Shown here one piece after another: positions 1 through 7,648 of a stretch of 12,239 nt of DNA (position 1 is the stretch's first letter; every line of letters starts with the position of its first letter). The notes beneath the pieces are model-generated. The model saw nothing but the letters and a program-made list of their open reading frames with translations, did not search any database and was not told where the DNA came from. The position numbers and the translations under genes were made by a program. Source of the DNA: Armatimonadota bacterium (GTDB lineage Bacteria; Armatimonadota; Fimbriimonadia; Fimbriimonadales; GBS-DC); assembly GCA_037444405.1 (NCBI GenBank), contig JBBIML010000036.1:1-12239 (forward strand), read 5' to 3'.

Positions 1-15
1 ATGCGTCGCCCCTAC
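1..15 (-). repeat. Half of a GTAG-family REP-like palindrome, cut by the window edge
   Basis: Minus strand reads GTAGGGGCGACGCAT directly after the apgM stop codon. The GTAGGG start and the GCAT end fit one arm of a GTAGGG...CCCTAC palindrome. A related element is at 6466-6492. The other arm would lie outside the window. Confidence 0.6.
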
Positions 16-1206
16 TCAGGTACGCAGGAGTTGCTCAATCAGGCGATATCCCTCCGCGACAAAGGGGATGCTCGACTCTTCCAGCACCGATTCGTCATAG
101 GGCAGGCGGTTCGGGCGCGGGTTCTGTGAATCGTAGAGCAGGAAGGGCACGGCGCCTTCGGCGTGCGTGCGTCGGGCGATGGGCGTGAAGTGGTCGGGCA
201 CGACCATCAGGCGGAACGGCTCGCCCCGCGCCTGCAGTCCCTCCACCACCGTGCCCACGATATGGCGATCAATCTGCTCAATCGCCCAGATTTTCGCCTC
301 GATATCGCCGTGATGCCCCGCTTCATCGGGCGCTTCGATGTGCGTGTACACGAAGTCGTGCTTTTCCAGCATGCGCAGGGTGTATTCGCCTTTGGCGCGA
401 TAGTCGGTGTCGATGTAGCCCGTTGCGCCGGGCACGCGGGGCACCTCCAGCCCTGTCAGCACGCCCAGCCCCTTGACCAGATCGACGGCGGCGATGACCG
501 CGCCCGTGATGCCCCACCGCAGGCTGAACGGCTCCAGTCGCGGGGCGCGACCCTGACCCCAGAACCAGACCATATTGGCGGGCAGTTTGCCCTCGTCGCG
601 CCGCCGCTGATTGATGGGGTGCGTATCGAGCAGTTCGAACGAGTCTTCCATCAGCTGGCGCAGGGTCTGCTCGCCGTCGCCGCGCGGGTAGTGCGCTTTC
701 AGGGGCTGACCCACGATTTCGTGGGGCGGCGTGCAGTGGAGTTCATCGGGACCGTCGCTCCAGCGCATCACATGGCGGTAGCCGACGCCGGGGAAGAAGT
801 GGATGCGCGGCGTGCTGAGTTTCTGCTCCAGCAGCTCGATAAGGGTTCGGGCGTCATCGGTGGGGATGCCGCCACCACTGTAGTCCAGCAGGGTGCTGCC
901 GTCGGTGCTGATGAGGGAGCAGCGGAAGGCGACATCGCGCGGCTCTAATGGCACGCCCATCGCGGCAGCCTCAAGGGGACCCCGCCCCGTGTAATGAAGG
1001 CGCGGGTCATAGCCTAACAGCGCCATGTTCGCCACATCGCTGCCAGGGTACATGCCGGATGGCACGGTCAGCACGGCGCCAATCAGCGATTGGCGGGCGA
1101 GCGCGTCCAGATGGGGCGTGCGCGCCGCCATCAGCGGCGTGCGCCCGTCCAGCTCCGGCAACCGCCAGTCCGCCATGCCATCCGGCACGATCAGCACATA
1201 TTTCAT
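16..1206 (-). CDS. apgM: Cofactor-independent phosphoglycerate mutase, archaeal ApgM type (alkaline phosphatase superfamily; includes the subfamily proposed as a homoserine kinase)
   Basis: 396 aa. N-terminal KYVLIVPDGMAD and GRTPL..A.TP.LD, catalytic-Ser motif PGSDVAN, LGYDP..YTGRGPLEAA, metal-ligand motifs HIEAPDEAGH and PDH.TP...TH. Confidence 0.92.
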   Translation of the reverse strand: MKYVLIVPDGMADWRLPELDGRTPLMAARTPHLDALARQSLIGAVLTVPSGMYPGSDVANMALLGYDPRLHYTGRGPLEAAAMGVPLEPRDVAFRCSLISTDGSTLLDYSGGGIPTDDARTLIELLEQKLSTPRIHFFPGVGYRHVMRWSDGPDELHCTPPHEIVGQPLKAHYPRGDGEQTLRQLMEDSFELLDTHPINQRRRDEGKLPANMVWFWGQGRAPRLEPFSLRWGITGAVIAAVDLVKGLGVLTGLEVPRVPGATGYIDTDYRAKGEYTLRMLEKHDFVYTHIEAPDEAGHHGDIEAKIWAIEQIDRHIVGTVVEGLQARGEPFRLMVVPDHFTPIARRTHAEGAVPFLLYDSQNPRPNRLPYDESVLEESSIPFVAEGYRLIEQLLRT

Positions 1207-1218
1207 CTGGCGCCGATT

Positions 1219-3480
1219 CTACCGTATCAGCTCCCATTCGCGTGCGCTGAGCTGGCTTTTGCCCGAAGGTGTGATCTGCACCACCGCCTTTTCGAGCCGC
1301 AGGATGACCTCCTCGCCCAGCGCGAGGTAGCGCCGCAGCTTCGGCTGGCGTCGCAGCAGTTCAAAATAGGCGTCGCTGTAGGGCGCGATCTGGAGTACAG
1401 GCAGCTTCTCGTCGGGCTTATAGCGGCTGTCGATCCACTGCGTGCCCTTCTGATAGAAGGTGCGGTCGCCAATATGGCGCATGCGCTGGGCAGCCTGCTG
1501 GGCGATTGCTTGCGGCAGCTGGGCGTTGCCGTAGTGCAGCTGGATCGATTCGCCGGTCTGAGTGGCGGGAGCGCTGGGTGCGCCGCCGAAGCCACCGAAG
1601 CCGCCTGCGCCTGCCCGCTGGAGCGACTGCGCCCGCTGGCTCTGGTCAACCGCCGACTTGCCCATGACGGACGACGCGCGGGCTGCGCCCAGCACCTGAT
1701 CGCCCCTGAATCGAATATCTGCCTCCCGCGCCAGGATCATATCCTCATCGATGAGGAACGCGGTGAACTCGGTGACGATACCGTATTCGCGGGCGAGGCG
1801 GATGATCTCGGCGCGCACCTCCTCGTTCTGGTGCAGACGCCACTGGTCGATCAGGTAGCCGACCTTGCGGATAGCCCACAGGCGCGGGATGAAGTCCATC
1901 GTGTCGGCGTAGTTGGGGAGCTGGACGGTCTGGCTGAGGTGTTGCAGGCGTTCGCGGGCGCGCCCCTCCAGCGTTATGACGGCACGCCCGCTGCCCCGAT
2001 ACCGCCCCATAATCACCAGCTGGTCGCCCTCAAACAGGTCAGGCAGCACGGCGGGGTAGATATCGTACGCCTGAACGCCCTCCAGCGTGAGGCGCAAATC
2101 GGTCAGCAGCGGCAGGTTGATGCGGTCATAGAAGCGCGCCAGTTTGGTCTCGATGTTCTCTTCGGGGCGCACATATTCGGGCGTGCCGCGATTCTGCTCG
2201 CAGAGCCTGTCCAGTAGTTGCACATTCACATCGTAGCCGACGCCGAAGGTGAAGAGCCGTATCTCGCGCTGCTCGTTCAGCTCGCGCACGGCTTGCAGGA
2301 TGCGTTCGGGGTTCGTCTCGCCGACGGTGGGCAAGCCGTCGGTAAGGAACACGACGGCGCGCAGGGCGGGCGTGCGCTCGATGGGCAGGCTGCGGAACGC
2401 CTCACGCAAAGCGTCCAAAATGTTCGTGCCGCCGCGCGCATCCAGCCCCTCAATCGTGCGGAGCGCCTGCTGCACATTCGCGCGCGTGGCAGGCATCAGC
2501 GTCTCAAACAGCACGGTCGGCTGCTCGTTGAAAACGATAAGGTTGAACTTATCGCCCGGCTGGAGGTTGTTCAGGCAATACCGGAGGGCAGCTTTCGCCT
2601 GCTCCAGTTTCTCGCCTGCCATGCTGCCCGTGCGGTCCAGCACGAACACCAGATGCTTGGGCAGCCGCTCAGTGCGCCGTTCGGGGCTGGGCGTAAACAG
2701 GATCAGGAAGTAGCCATCGCCGCTGGTGCGATAGGTGAACACCTGCAGGTCGTACGGGTTAGCGGTGGTGGTGAAGTAGAGCAGGAGTTCGCGTTCGGGG
2801 ATGAGGTTCCGTCCTTCCCATTCGATTCGGGCGCGGTTCACGCCCTCGCGTTGCGCCCATGCATCGGGGTGCGACGGTGTGTAGAGGCTGACCAGCGGCT
2901 TGCTGGTGCGCAGTTCGATTTGCAGGCGCACGCGCTCTATCGGGCGCATCTGGGCGCGGGTCGCCCGCAGGGGCAGCAGGTAGCGCGTGGCGGCTCCTTC
3001 ACGGTGCAGCGTCTCAGCGTAGCTCAGGCGAATGCGGCATGTGCCTTTCGCGGGAACGGGGAACACCCGCGCCCGCAACAGACCCTGCCCGGCGAACTCC
3101 AACAGCGCGGGGTCGCGCCGACGCCGCACATAACTCTCATAGATGCGTCGCGCCTCGTCCGCCGGCAGCAGCCGCGCCTGAACCTCCTTATCGCCCACCA
3201 CCATCGTGAAACGGCTGACAGCCGCATCGCGCGGCACAGGGAACCAGTATTCCGCCTCCTGTGGCGCCGCAGACTCGTTGATAAACAGCTGCTCGATCGT
3301 TGTCTCGGCGAGGTTATCGCGAATGCTCACCCGCACGATCTGCTCTTTGATGCGGAACGGTCGCTGCTCGATAATCCGATGGTCGGGCGGAGTATCCCCG
3401 GAGGGGATTAGGATGCCCTGCGCTCCCATCGGCGCGAGCGCGATCAGCCACATCAGCCCGATTGTTGCCACTCGTCCCAT
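1219..3480 (-). CDS. Secreted VIT + von Willebrand factor A domain protein (inter-alpha-trypsin inhibitor-like)
   Basis: 753 aa. Sec signal peptide (…LIALAPMGA|Q). VIT region (AETTIEQLFIN, YWFPVP, ARRIYESYVRRRRDPALLE). VWA MIDAS residues VFVLDRTGS, GGTNI, FLTDG, plus FTFGVG. SD GGAGG 6 nt before the ATG. Confidence 0.9.
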   Translation of the reverse strand: MGRVATIGLMWLIALAPMGAQGILIPSGDTPPDHRIIEQRPFRIKEQIVRVSIRDNLAETTIEQLFINESAAPQEAEYWFPVPRDAAVSRFTMVVGDKEVQARLLPADEARRIYESYVRRRRDPALLEFAGQGLLRARVFPVPAKGTCRIRLSYAETLHREGAATRYLLPLRATRAQMRPIERVRLQIELRTSKPLVSLYTPSHPDAWAQREGVNRARIEWEGRNLIPERELLLYFTTTANPYDLQVFTYRTSGDGYFLILFTPSPERRTERLPKHLVFVLDRTGSMAGEKLEQAKAALRYCLNNLQPGDKFNLIVFNEQPTVLFETLMPATRANVQQALRTIEGLDARGGTNILDALREAFRSLPIERTPALRAVVFLTDGLPTVGETNPERILQAVRELNEQREIRLFTFGVGYDVNVQLLDRLCEQNRGTPEYVRPEENIETKLARFYDRINLPLLTDLRLTLEGVQAYDIYPAVLPDLFEGDQLVIMGRYRGSGRAVITLEGRARERLQHLSQTVQLPNYADTMDFIPRLWAIRKVGYLIDQWRLHQNEEVRAEIIRLAREYGIVTEFTAFLIDEDMILAREADIRFRGDQVLGAARASSVMGKSAVDQSQRAQSLQRAGAGGFGGFGGAPSAPATQTGESIQLHYGNAQLPQAIAQQAAQRMRHIGDRTFYQKGTQWIDSRYKPDEKLPVLQIAPYSDAYFELLRRQPKLRRYLALGEEVILRLEKAVVQITPSGKSQLSAREWELIR

Positions 3481-3506
3481 AGCATGCCTCCCTCTGTTGC
3501 CACGAG

Positions 3507-3535
3507 TTAGACGCGGGCGTGCAGGATGGCGTTAC
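3507..3535 (-). promoter_or_regulatory. Putative ECF-sigma promoter for the VIT-VWA gene
   Basis: Minus strand GTAAC-N17-CGTCTAA, ending 26 nt before the ATG at 3480. Matches the generic ECF AAC...CGT architecture. Confidence 0.55.
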
Positions 3536-3560
3536 GGGCGCATCGGGGCACGGCGGCAGG

Positions 3561-3589
3561 AAAAACGAGCCTTCGGGCGAATCGTCTAA
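3561..3589 (+). promoter_or_regulatory. Putative ECF-sigma promoter for the rightward envelope/pil operon
   Basis: Plus strand AAAAAC-N16-CGTCTAA, with the same -10 heptamer as the divergent motif, ending 17 nt before ATG 3607. Confidence 0.55.
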
Positions 3590-3606
3590 ATCAGGGGTGA
3601 ATCGTG

Positions 3607-4593
3607 ATGGGCGCTGAGAATCGGCGGTCCCACATCCTGCCGATGCGATGGATTGCCGTGCTGGTGAGCCTTGCGGGGGTTGTGTGCCTGGTCGGGTCGC
3701 AAGATGGCAGGCTAACCCTGGCGGTTGGCGCGTTCGAGGGCAACGATGCGGCGCTGGTGGAGCAGGTGCGCCAGCAGGTGGTGCAGACGCTGAGTCTATC
3801 TTCGCGCCTGCAGATTGCCGATCGGTTGCAGTCGCGGGCGCTTTTGCAGGAGCAACGCCTGCGCGAAACGGGGCTGACAGGCGATCCAGAAAAATCGTCC
3901 GCCCCGCCGTTACCGTTGGCGAACTGGCTGCTGGTCGGGCGCATCAGCGTCGATGAGAGCCGCCTGCAGATTGAGCTCAGCTGCCTCGATGTGCGCACGG
4001 GCGCCGTGCTGACTGGCGGGGTGGAGCTGGTCAGCGGGGCGCGGGGCGAGTGGCAGATTCTGGCGCAACGCGCCGCCGAACGCATGCATCGACGGCTCAC
4101 GGGTAGCACCCTGCCCGTCGACTTCCGCATCGAGCCGCTGCCCGATGAGGGCGTCCCGCCCGCGCGCAACCTGCGCGACTATGAGCAAAGTCCCTACCGC
4201 TGGCACATCGACGCGATTCTGGAGCAGGGCTGGATGCGCCTCTATCCCGATGGAACCTTCCGCCCCGACGAACCCGTGTCCGCCTGCTACTTCGCCGCGC
4301 TGCTCCAGCGATTGCGGGCGCGTTTCGGCACCTACATCGACTATCAGCCGTCCGATCCGGGCAGCACGGTCAGTCGAGGTCAGGCGGTGCTACTGCTATC
4401 GCGGCTGTGCGCGGCGCGATTGCCCTCGCAGCGCGCCTCGTATCTGGATATTCCCGACTGGGCGCAGGGCATCGTGGGCTGGGAGAGTGCACGCGCCATG
4501 CCGCTCACGCGCGAGCGGCTCGCCGCCCTGCTTTATAACCTGCTCAAAGCGCTCGAAAAGCGCGAGCAGCCGACGGAGGGCGAATCGCCATGA
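3607..4593 (+). CDS. Exported protein with an N-terminal CsgG/FlgO/TolB-N-like domain and C-terminal S-layer homology (SLH)-like repeats
   Basis: Hydrophobic N-terminus (WIAVLVSLAGVVCLVG). LAVGAF, IADR...LLQEQRL..TGL, LLVGRI and LDVRTG.V match the CsgG/TolB-N-like pattern. GWMRLYPDGTFRPDEPVS..FAALLQRL is SLH-like, with two weaker copies (TVSRGQAVLLLSRL, PLTRERLAALLYNL). Start uncertain: 3607 (AGGGGTG upstream) or 3643. Confidence 0.7.
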   Translation: MGAENRRSHILPMRWIAVLVSLAGVVCLVGSQDGRLTLAVGAFEGNDAALVEQVRQQVVQTLSLSSRLQIADRLQSRALLQEQRLRETGLTGDPEKSSAPPLPLANWLLVGRISVDESRLQIELSCLDVRTGAVLTGGVELVSGARGEWQILAQRAAERMHRRLTGSTLPVDFRIEPLPDEGVPPARNLRDYEQSPYRWHIDAILEQGWMRLYPDGTFRPDEPVSACYFAALLQRLRARFGTYIDYQPSDPGSTVSRGQAVLLLSRLCAARLPSQRASYLDIPDWAQGIVGWESARAMPLTRERLAALLYNLLKALEKREQPTEGESP

Positions 4594-5564
4594 GAACCGC
4601 GCTTTGCCTGCTGCTCGGCGTCGCGCTGGCGGGCAGCGTGGCGCCCTGCACGGCGGACGGTACGCGCCTTCAGCCTGTGGTGGTGGAGGCGGAGGGCGTC
4701 GCCGAATGGCGCAAGCCGTATGAGCAAGCGGTTCGGGAGGCGACCCGCAATGCGCTCCTGCAGGCGATTGAGAGCGCCTGTGGCGTGCGGCTGGCACGGT
4801 TCGAACAGGGTCGCGACGGGGCACTGCAACATTCGGCGCAAATCGCCTTCGTGCAGGGCATCGCCCTGCGCTGGCAGCCGCTGGGCGAGCCGCGTGTGGC
4901 GGACGGCTGCGTGCGCCTGCGCGTGCGTGCCGAAATCGTGCCCGTCAGCCAGCTGCAGACCGCTGACGACTGGCGCGAAGTGTGGCAGACCGTCGGTCAT
5001 CCGCCATTGACCGTGCAGATTCGCTACGCAGGTGAGCCAGCCTTCGAGACGGTCGCCCGCCGCGCCTTACAGGCGACGCTGACAGGCGAGCTGAACGCGA
5101 TGGGCGTGCGCCCTCTGCAGAGCCAGCGCGACGCTTCTGCTTCGAAGCACTGGCAGCTGATTGCTGAGCTGTCGGTGGAGCCACTCAAGCGGTGGGGCGA
5201 TACCGACGCGCCCTACGCGCTGGGCGACCTGTTCGCCAGCTGGAAGGTGCGCATCCGCCTGCAGGCGCTGGCGCCAGGCGAACGCACGCCAGCCCTGCTT
5301 GCCCAGCGGGAGGCGAGCGCGGTCAGCTTCTCCAGCGACCGCGAAGCCATCCACCGCGCTATCCGCAAAGCCGTCACCGAACCCGACAGCAACTGGCGAA
5401 TCACCCTCGCCAACCTCTGGGTTGACCATCTGCTTGACCGAGTAGCGAGTTCCGGCAAACCCACAGTGAAGGAGGTAAATGACGATGCGAAGAAGCGTAC
5501 GAAACCATCTGTGGCTGCTGCTTCTAATAGCAAGCCCGCTGTGCCACGCTCAAAGCGGCGGTAA
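4590..5564 (+). CDS. Exported protein with an FlgT N-terminal/LPP20-like domain
   Basis: 324 aa. ATGA overlap with the upstream gene, SD GGAGG at 4575-4579, signal peptide. VVVEAEGVA...AVREATRNALLQAIESACGV...VQG...VRLRVRAEI resembles the FlgT_N/LPP20 pattern. The last ~27 codons overlap the next gene. Confidence 0.6.
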   Translation: MRTALCLLLGVALAGSVAPCTADGTRLQPVVVEAEGVAEWRKPYEQAVREATRNALLQAIESACGVRLARFEQGRDGALQHSAQIAFVQGIALRWQPLGEPRVADGCVRLRVRAEIVPVSQLQTADDWREVWQTVGHPPLTVQIRYAGEPAFETVARRALQATLTGELNAMGVRPLQSQRDASASKHWQLIAELSVEPLKRWGDTDAPYALGDLFASWKVRIRLQALAPGERTPALLAQREASAVSFSSDREAIHRAIRKAVTEPDSNWRITLANLWVDHLLDRVASSGKPTVKEVNDDAKKRTKPSVAAASNSKPAVPRSKRR

Positions 5565-6399
5565 GACGGTTCCGCCCAGCGGCAGCGGCTATATCGAGGT
5601 GTATGATGTCGGCGCGATCAACTGGACGGACGGCATGCTGACCGCCACGGGCGTCGGCTTGATGCCGCGCGAGGAGTCGAACCGCGCCCGTGCCTATCTC
5701 AAGGCGCGCGGCTACGCCCGACTCGACGCGCTGGCGAACCTGCTGATGCTCATCGACCGCGTGCAGATCGATGCCCAGTTCGTCGGTGCGGATTACATCA
5801 CACAGGATGAGCAGATCCGCGCCTCCATTAATGGCTTCATTCGCGGGGCGCAGGTCGTTGAAGAGCGCAAAATCCTCATCGAGGGTCAGGAGGCGGTTCA
5901 GGTGACGGTCGGCACGCTGATGTATGGTCAGCGCGGCTTGAGCCGCCTCTTGCTGAAGCCTGCTGCGCCGCCTGCCGTGACGGAACCCGCATTACCGCGC
6001 ATCGAGCTCCAGGCGCCCAACACGCCCGCGCCCGCTGAGCTAACTGCGGAGGGCACCTACACGGGGCTGATTATCGACGCGCGCGGGCTGAAGGTTCAGC
6101 CGGCGATGGCGCCGCGCATCCTGAAAGCGGACGGCACGGTGCTTTACGGCACGGGCGCCGTTGACCCCGATCTGGTGGTGCAGAAGGGGCTGGCGGCGTA
6201 CTATCGCGACATGAACGCGGCGCGGGCAGACGCGCGCGCAGGTCTTAACCCGCTGGTCATCCGCCCGATAGGGGTCTATCGCCGCGCCGTCGCCACCACC
6301 GATGTGGTCCTCAGCGATGCCGACGCTGCCAAGCTGCTGACAGAAGATGCGCGCACGGGCTTCCTGAAACAGCTGAAGGTCGTGTTCGTGGTGGATTAG
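5485..6399 (+). CDS. Exported LPP20-like protein with a conserved C-terminal 'YTGLIIDARGL' domain
   Basis: Strong SD AAGGAGGT at 5469-5476 is best spaced for ATG 5485 (track start 5479). Signal peptide ending CHA|Q. INW..G.L.ATG.G, A...ARLDALANL, I.G.IRGAQVV, YTGLIIDARGL...PAMAPRI and the terminal KVVFVVD are characteristic of this family. Confidence 0.7.
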   Translation: MRRSVRNHLWLLLLIASPLCHAQSGGKTVPPSGSGYIEVYDVGAINWTDGMLTATGVGLMPREESNRARAYLKARGYARLDALANLLMLIDRVQIDAQFVGADYITQDEQIRASINGFIRGAQVVEERKILIEGQEAVQVTVGTLMYGQRGLSRLLLKPAAPPAVTEPALPRIELQAPNTPAPAELTAEGTYTGLIIDARGLKVQPAMAPRILKADGTVLYGTGAVDPDLVVQKGLAAYYRDMNAARADARAGLNPLVIRPIGVYRRAVATTDVVLSDADAAKLLTEDARTGFLKQLKVVFVVD

Positions 6400-6440
6400 C
6401 CGGTAAGGGTAATGGCGACGCGCGAGACTGCCGAAAATAG

Positions 6441-6492
6441 GGGTACGGACGCGGTCCCAAAAAGGGTAAGGACGCGGTGACCGCGTCCCTAC
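6441..6492. repeat. GTAG-type REP-like hairpin with a tandemly duplicated arm
   Basis: Direct repeats GGGTACGGACGCGGT (6441-6455) and GGGTAAGGACGCGGT (6464-6478). ACCGCGTCCCTAC (6480-6492) is the reverse complement of either arm with one mismatch. Minus strand reads GTAGGGACGCGGTCACCGCGTCCTTAC. Confidence 0.75.
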
Positions 6493-6496
6493 GGCT

Positions 6497-7648
6497 ATGC
6501 TGGGTCTGGACATCGGCAGTCGCGCGATTTATCTCACGCGCTATTCGAACGGCGCTGTGCTGGCGTTCGGGCAGTGCCCCACCCCGCCCGAAAGCGTGGT
6601 GGACGGCATCGTGGTTGAACCGCAGCGGGTTGCAGACGCGCTCAGCGGGCTGATACGCCGCATGCGCCTGCACGAATCGAATGTGTGCCTCGTGGTTGGC
6701 GGCGCGCTAATGGTCAATAAATGGGTGGAGGTGCCGCGCCTGTCACTCGAGGAGCTGAACCAGTCGGCGTCGCTGGAAGCGCCACGCCATCTGCCGCACT
6801 CGCACGAGCCGATGCTCTACCGATTCTGGGTGCCACCCGATGCGTCCCCATCGTCGGGTGACACGATGGTTGCGCGACTGATCGCCGTGTCGGAGGCGGC
6901 GGTTCACTCGCGGCTGGATACGGCTTTACTAACAGGTTTGCAACCTGTGAGCGTTCTGCCTGAAGTGGACGCGCTGGTGCGCGTGCTGACCCGCCACCAT
7001 CGCCCCCATAGCCTGCTCTGGCGCGGCAGGGCGACCGCGCTGATGGCTATCCGCTACGACTACACCGAGATGTCCATCGCTCGTGAGACCCATCTGGAGT
7101 TCACCCGCACGCTGCGAATCGGGCTGGAAGACGCGATAGAGGTTATCCAGCGGTCGCTCGGCGCCTCGTTCGAGGAAGCGGAGGCGTTGCTGAAGGAGTG
7201 CCAGCTCGATGAACACGGCACGCTCCACTTCACGGAAGGGCTGGGGCTGCCGCCCGTGTCGCTGCTGGACTTTTTGCACACGCTGACCGCTGAGATGCGT
7301 CGCCTAATCGACTTCCAGCGTTCGCGCTTCCCCGAAGGCAGCTATCTCGGTCTGCTGGACAGCTTTTTAATCACGGGCGAGGGCGCGATTCTGAACGGGC
7401 TGACACGCTACTGCTCGCACAGTCTGGGGCTGACCTGCCTGACGGGCGACCTGTTGAGCGCGTTGCGCTGGCGCGTGCCCGTGCAGGATCGTCGCCCCGA
7501 AGAGATGGGGCGCTATGTGGCGGCGCTTGGTGCCGCCGTCGAAGGCGAGCCTGAGTTCGCCGCATGGAGTGCTGAAGCGCAGCTTCAGCACTCCATAGAG
7601 AAACTCTCTGAGACCGCATCACTGGAGCAGGGGGTGCGCGCGGCATGA
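6497..7648 (+). CDS. pilM: PilM-like type IV pilus/T2SS alignment protein (actin/FtsA fold)
   Basis: 383 aa. GLDIGS phosphate-1 loop, TP..SVVDG.VVEP..VADAL, EA..HLP, FTRTL.IG, EMRRLIDF, LITGEGA.L.GL, Y.AALGAA. First gene of an overlapping M-N-O-P-secretin series. Confidence 0.85.
   Translation: MLGLDIGSRAIYLTRYSNGAVLAFGQCPTPPESVVDGIVVEPQRVADALSGLIRRMRLHESNVCLVVGGALMVNKWVEVPRLSLEELNQSASLEAPRHLPHSHEPMLYRFWVPPDASPSSGDTMVARLIAVSEAAVHSRLDTALLTGLQPVSVLPEVDALVRVLTRHHRPHSLLWRGRATALMAIRYDYTEMSIARETHLEFTRTLRIGLEDAIEVIQRSLGASFEEAEALLKECQLDEHGTLHFTEGLGLPPVSLLDFLHTLTAEMRRLIDFQRSRFPEGSYLGLLDSFLITGEGAILNGLTRYCSHSLGLTCLTGDLLSALRWRVPVQDRRPEEMGRYVAALGAAVEGEPEFAAWSAEAQLQHSIEKLSETASLEQGVRAA

Noticed and set aside
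163..3411. Long plus-strand ORFs 163-948, 1090-2217 and 2218-3411
   Set aside because: Antisense shadows of the well-supported apgM and VIT-VWA genes, expected in high-GC DNA, with no recognisable motifs.
3607..6399. Lipoprotein calls for the three exported proteins
   Set aside because: Each has a Cys near the N-terminus, but the contexts (GVVC, VAPC, SPLC) do not match the canonical lipobox.
6456..6480. CCCAAAAAGGG before a hairpin as a programmed frameshift joining the 6412 ORF to pilM
   Set aside because: A -1 shift enters the non-PilM frame, and the PilM frame is closed by TAA at 6467-6469.
6441..6492. Repeats as a mini CRISPR array or intrinsic terminator
   Set aside because: Only two 15-nt units with an 8-nt gap and no cas genes in the window. 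The hairpin has no U-tract on either strand.
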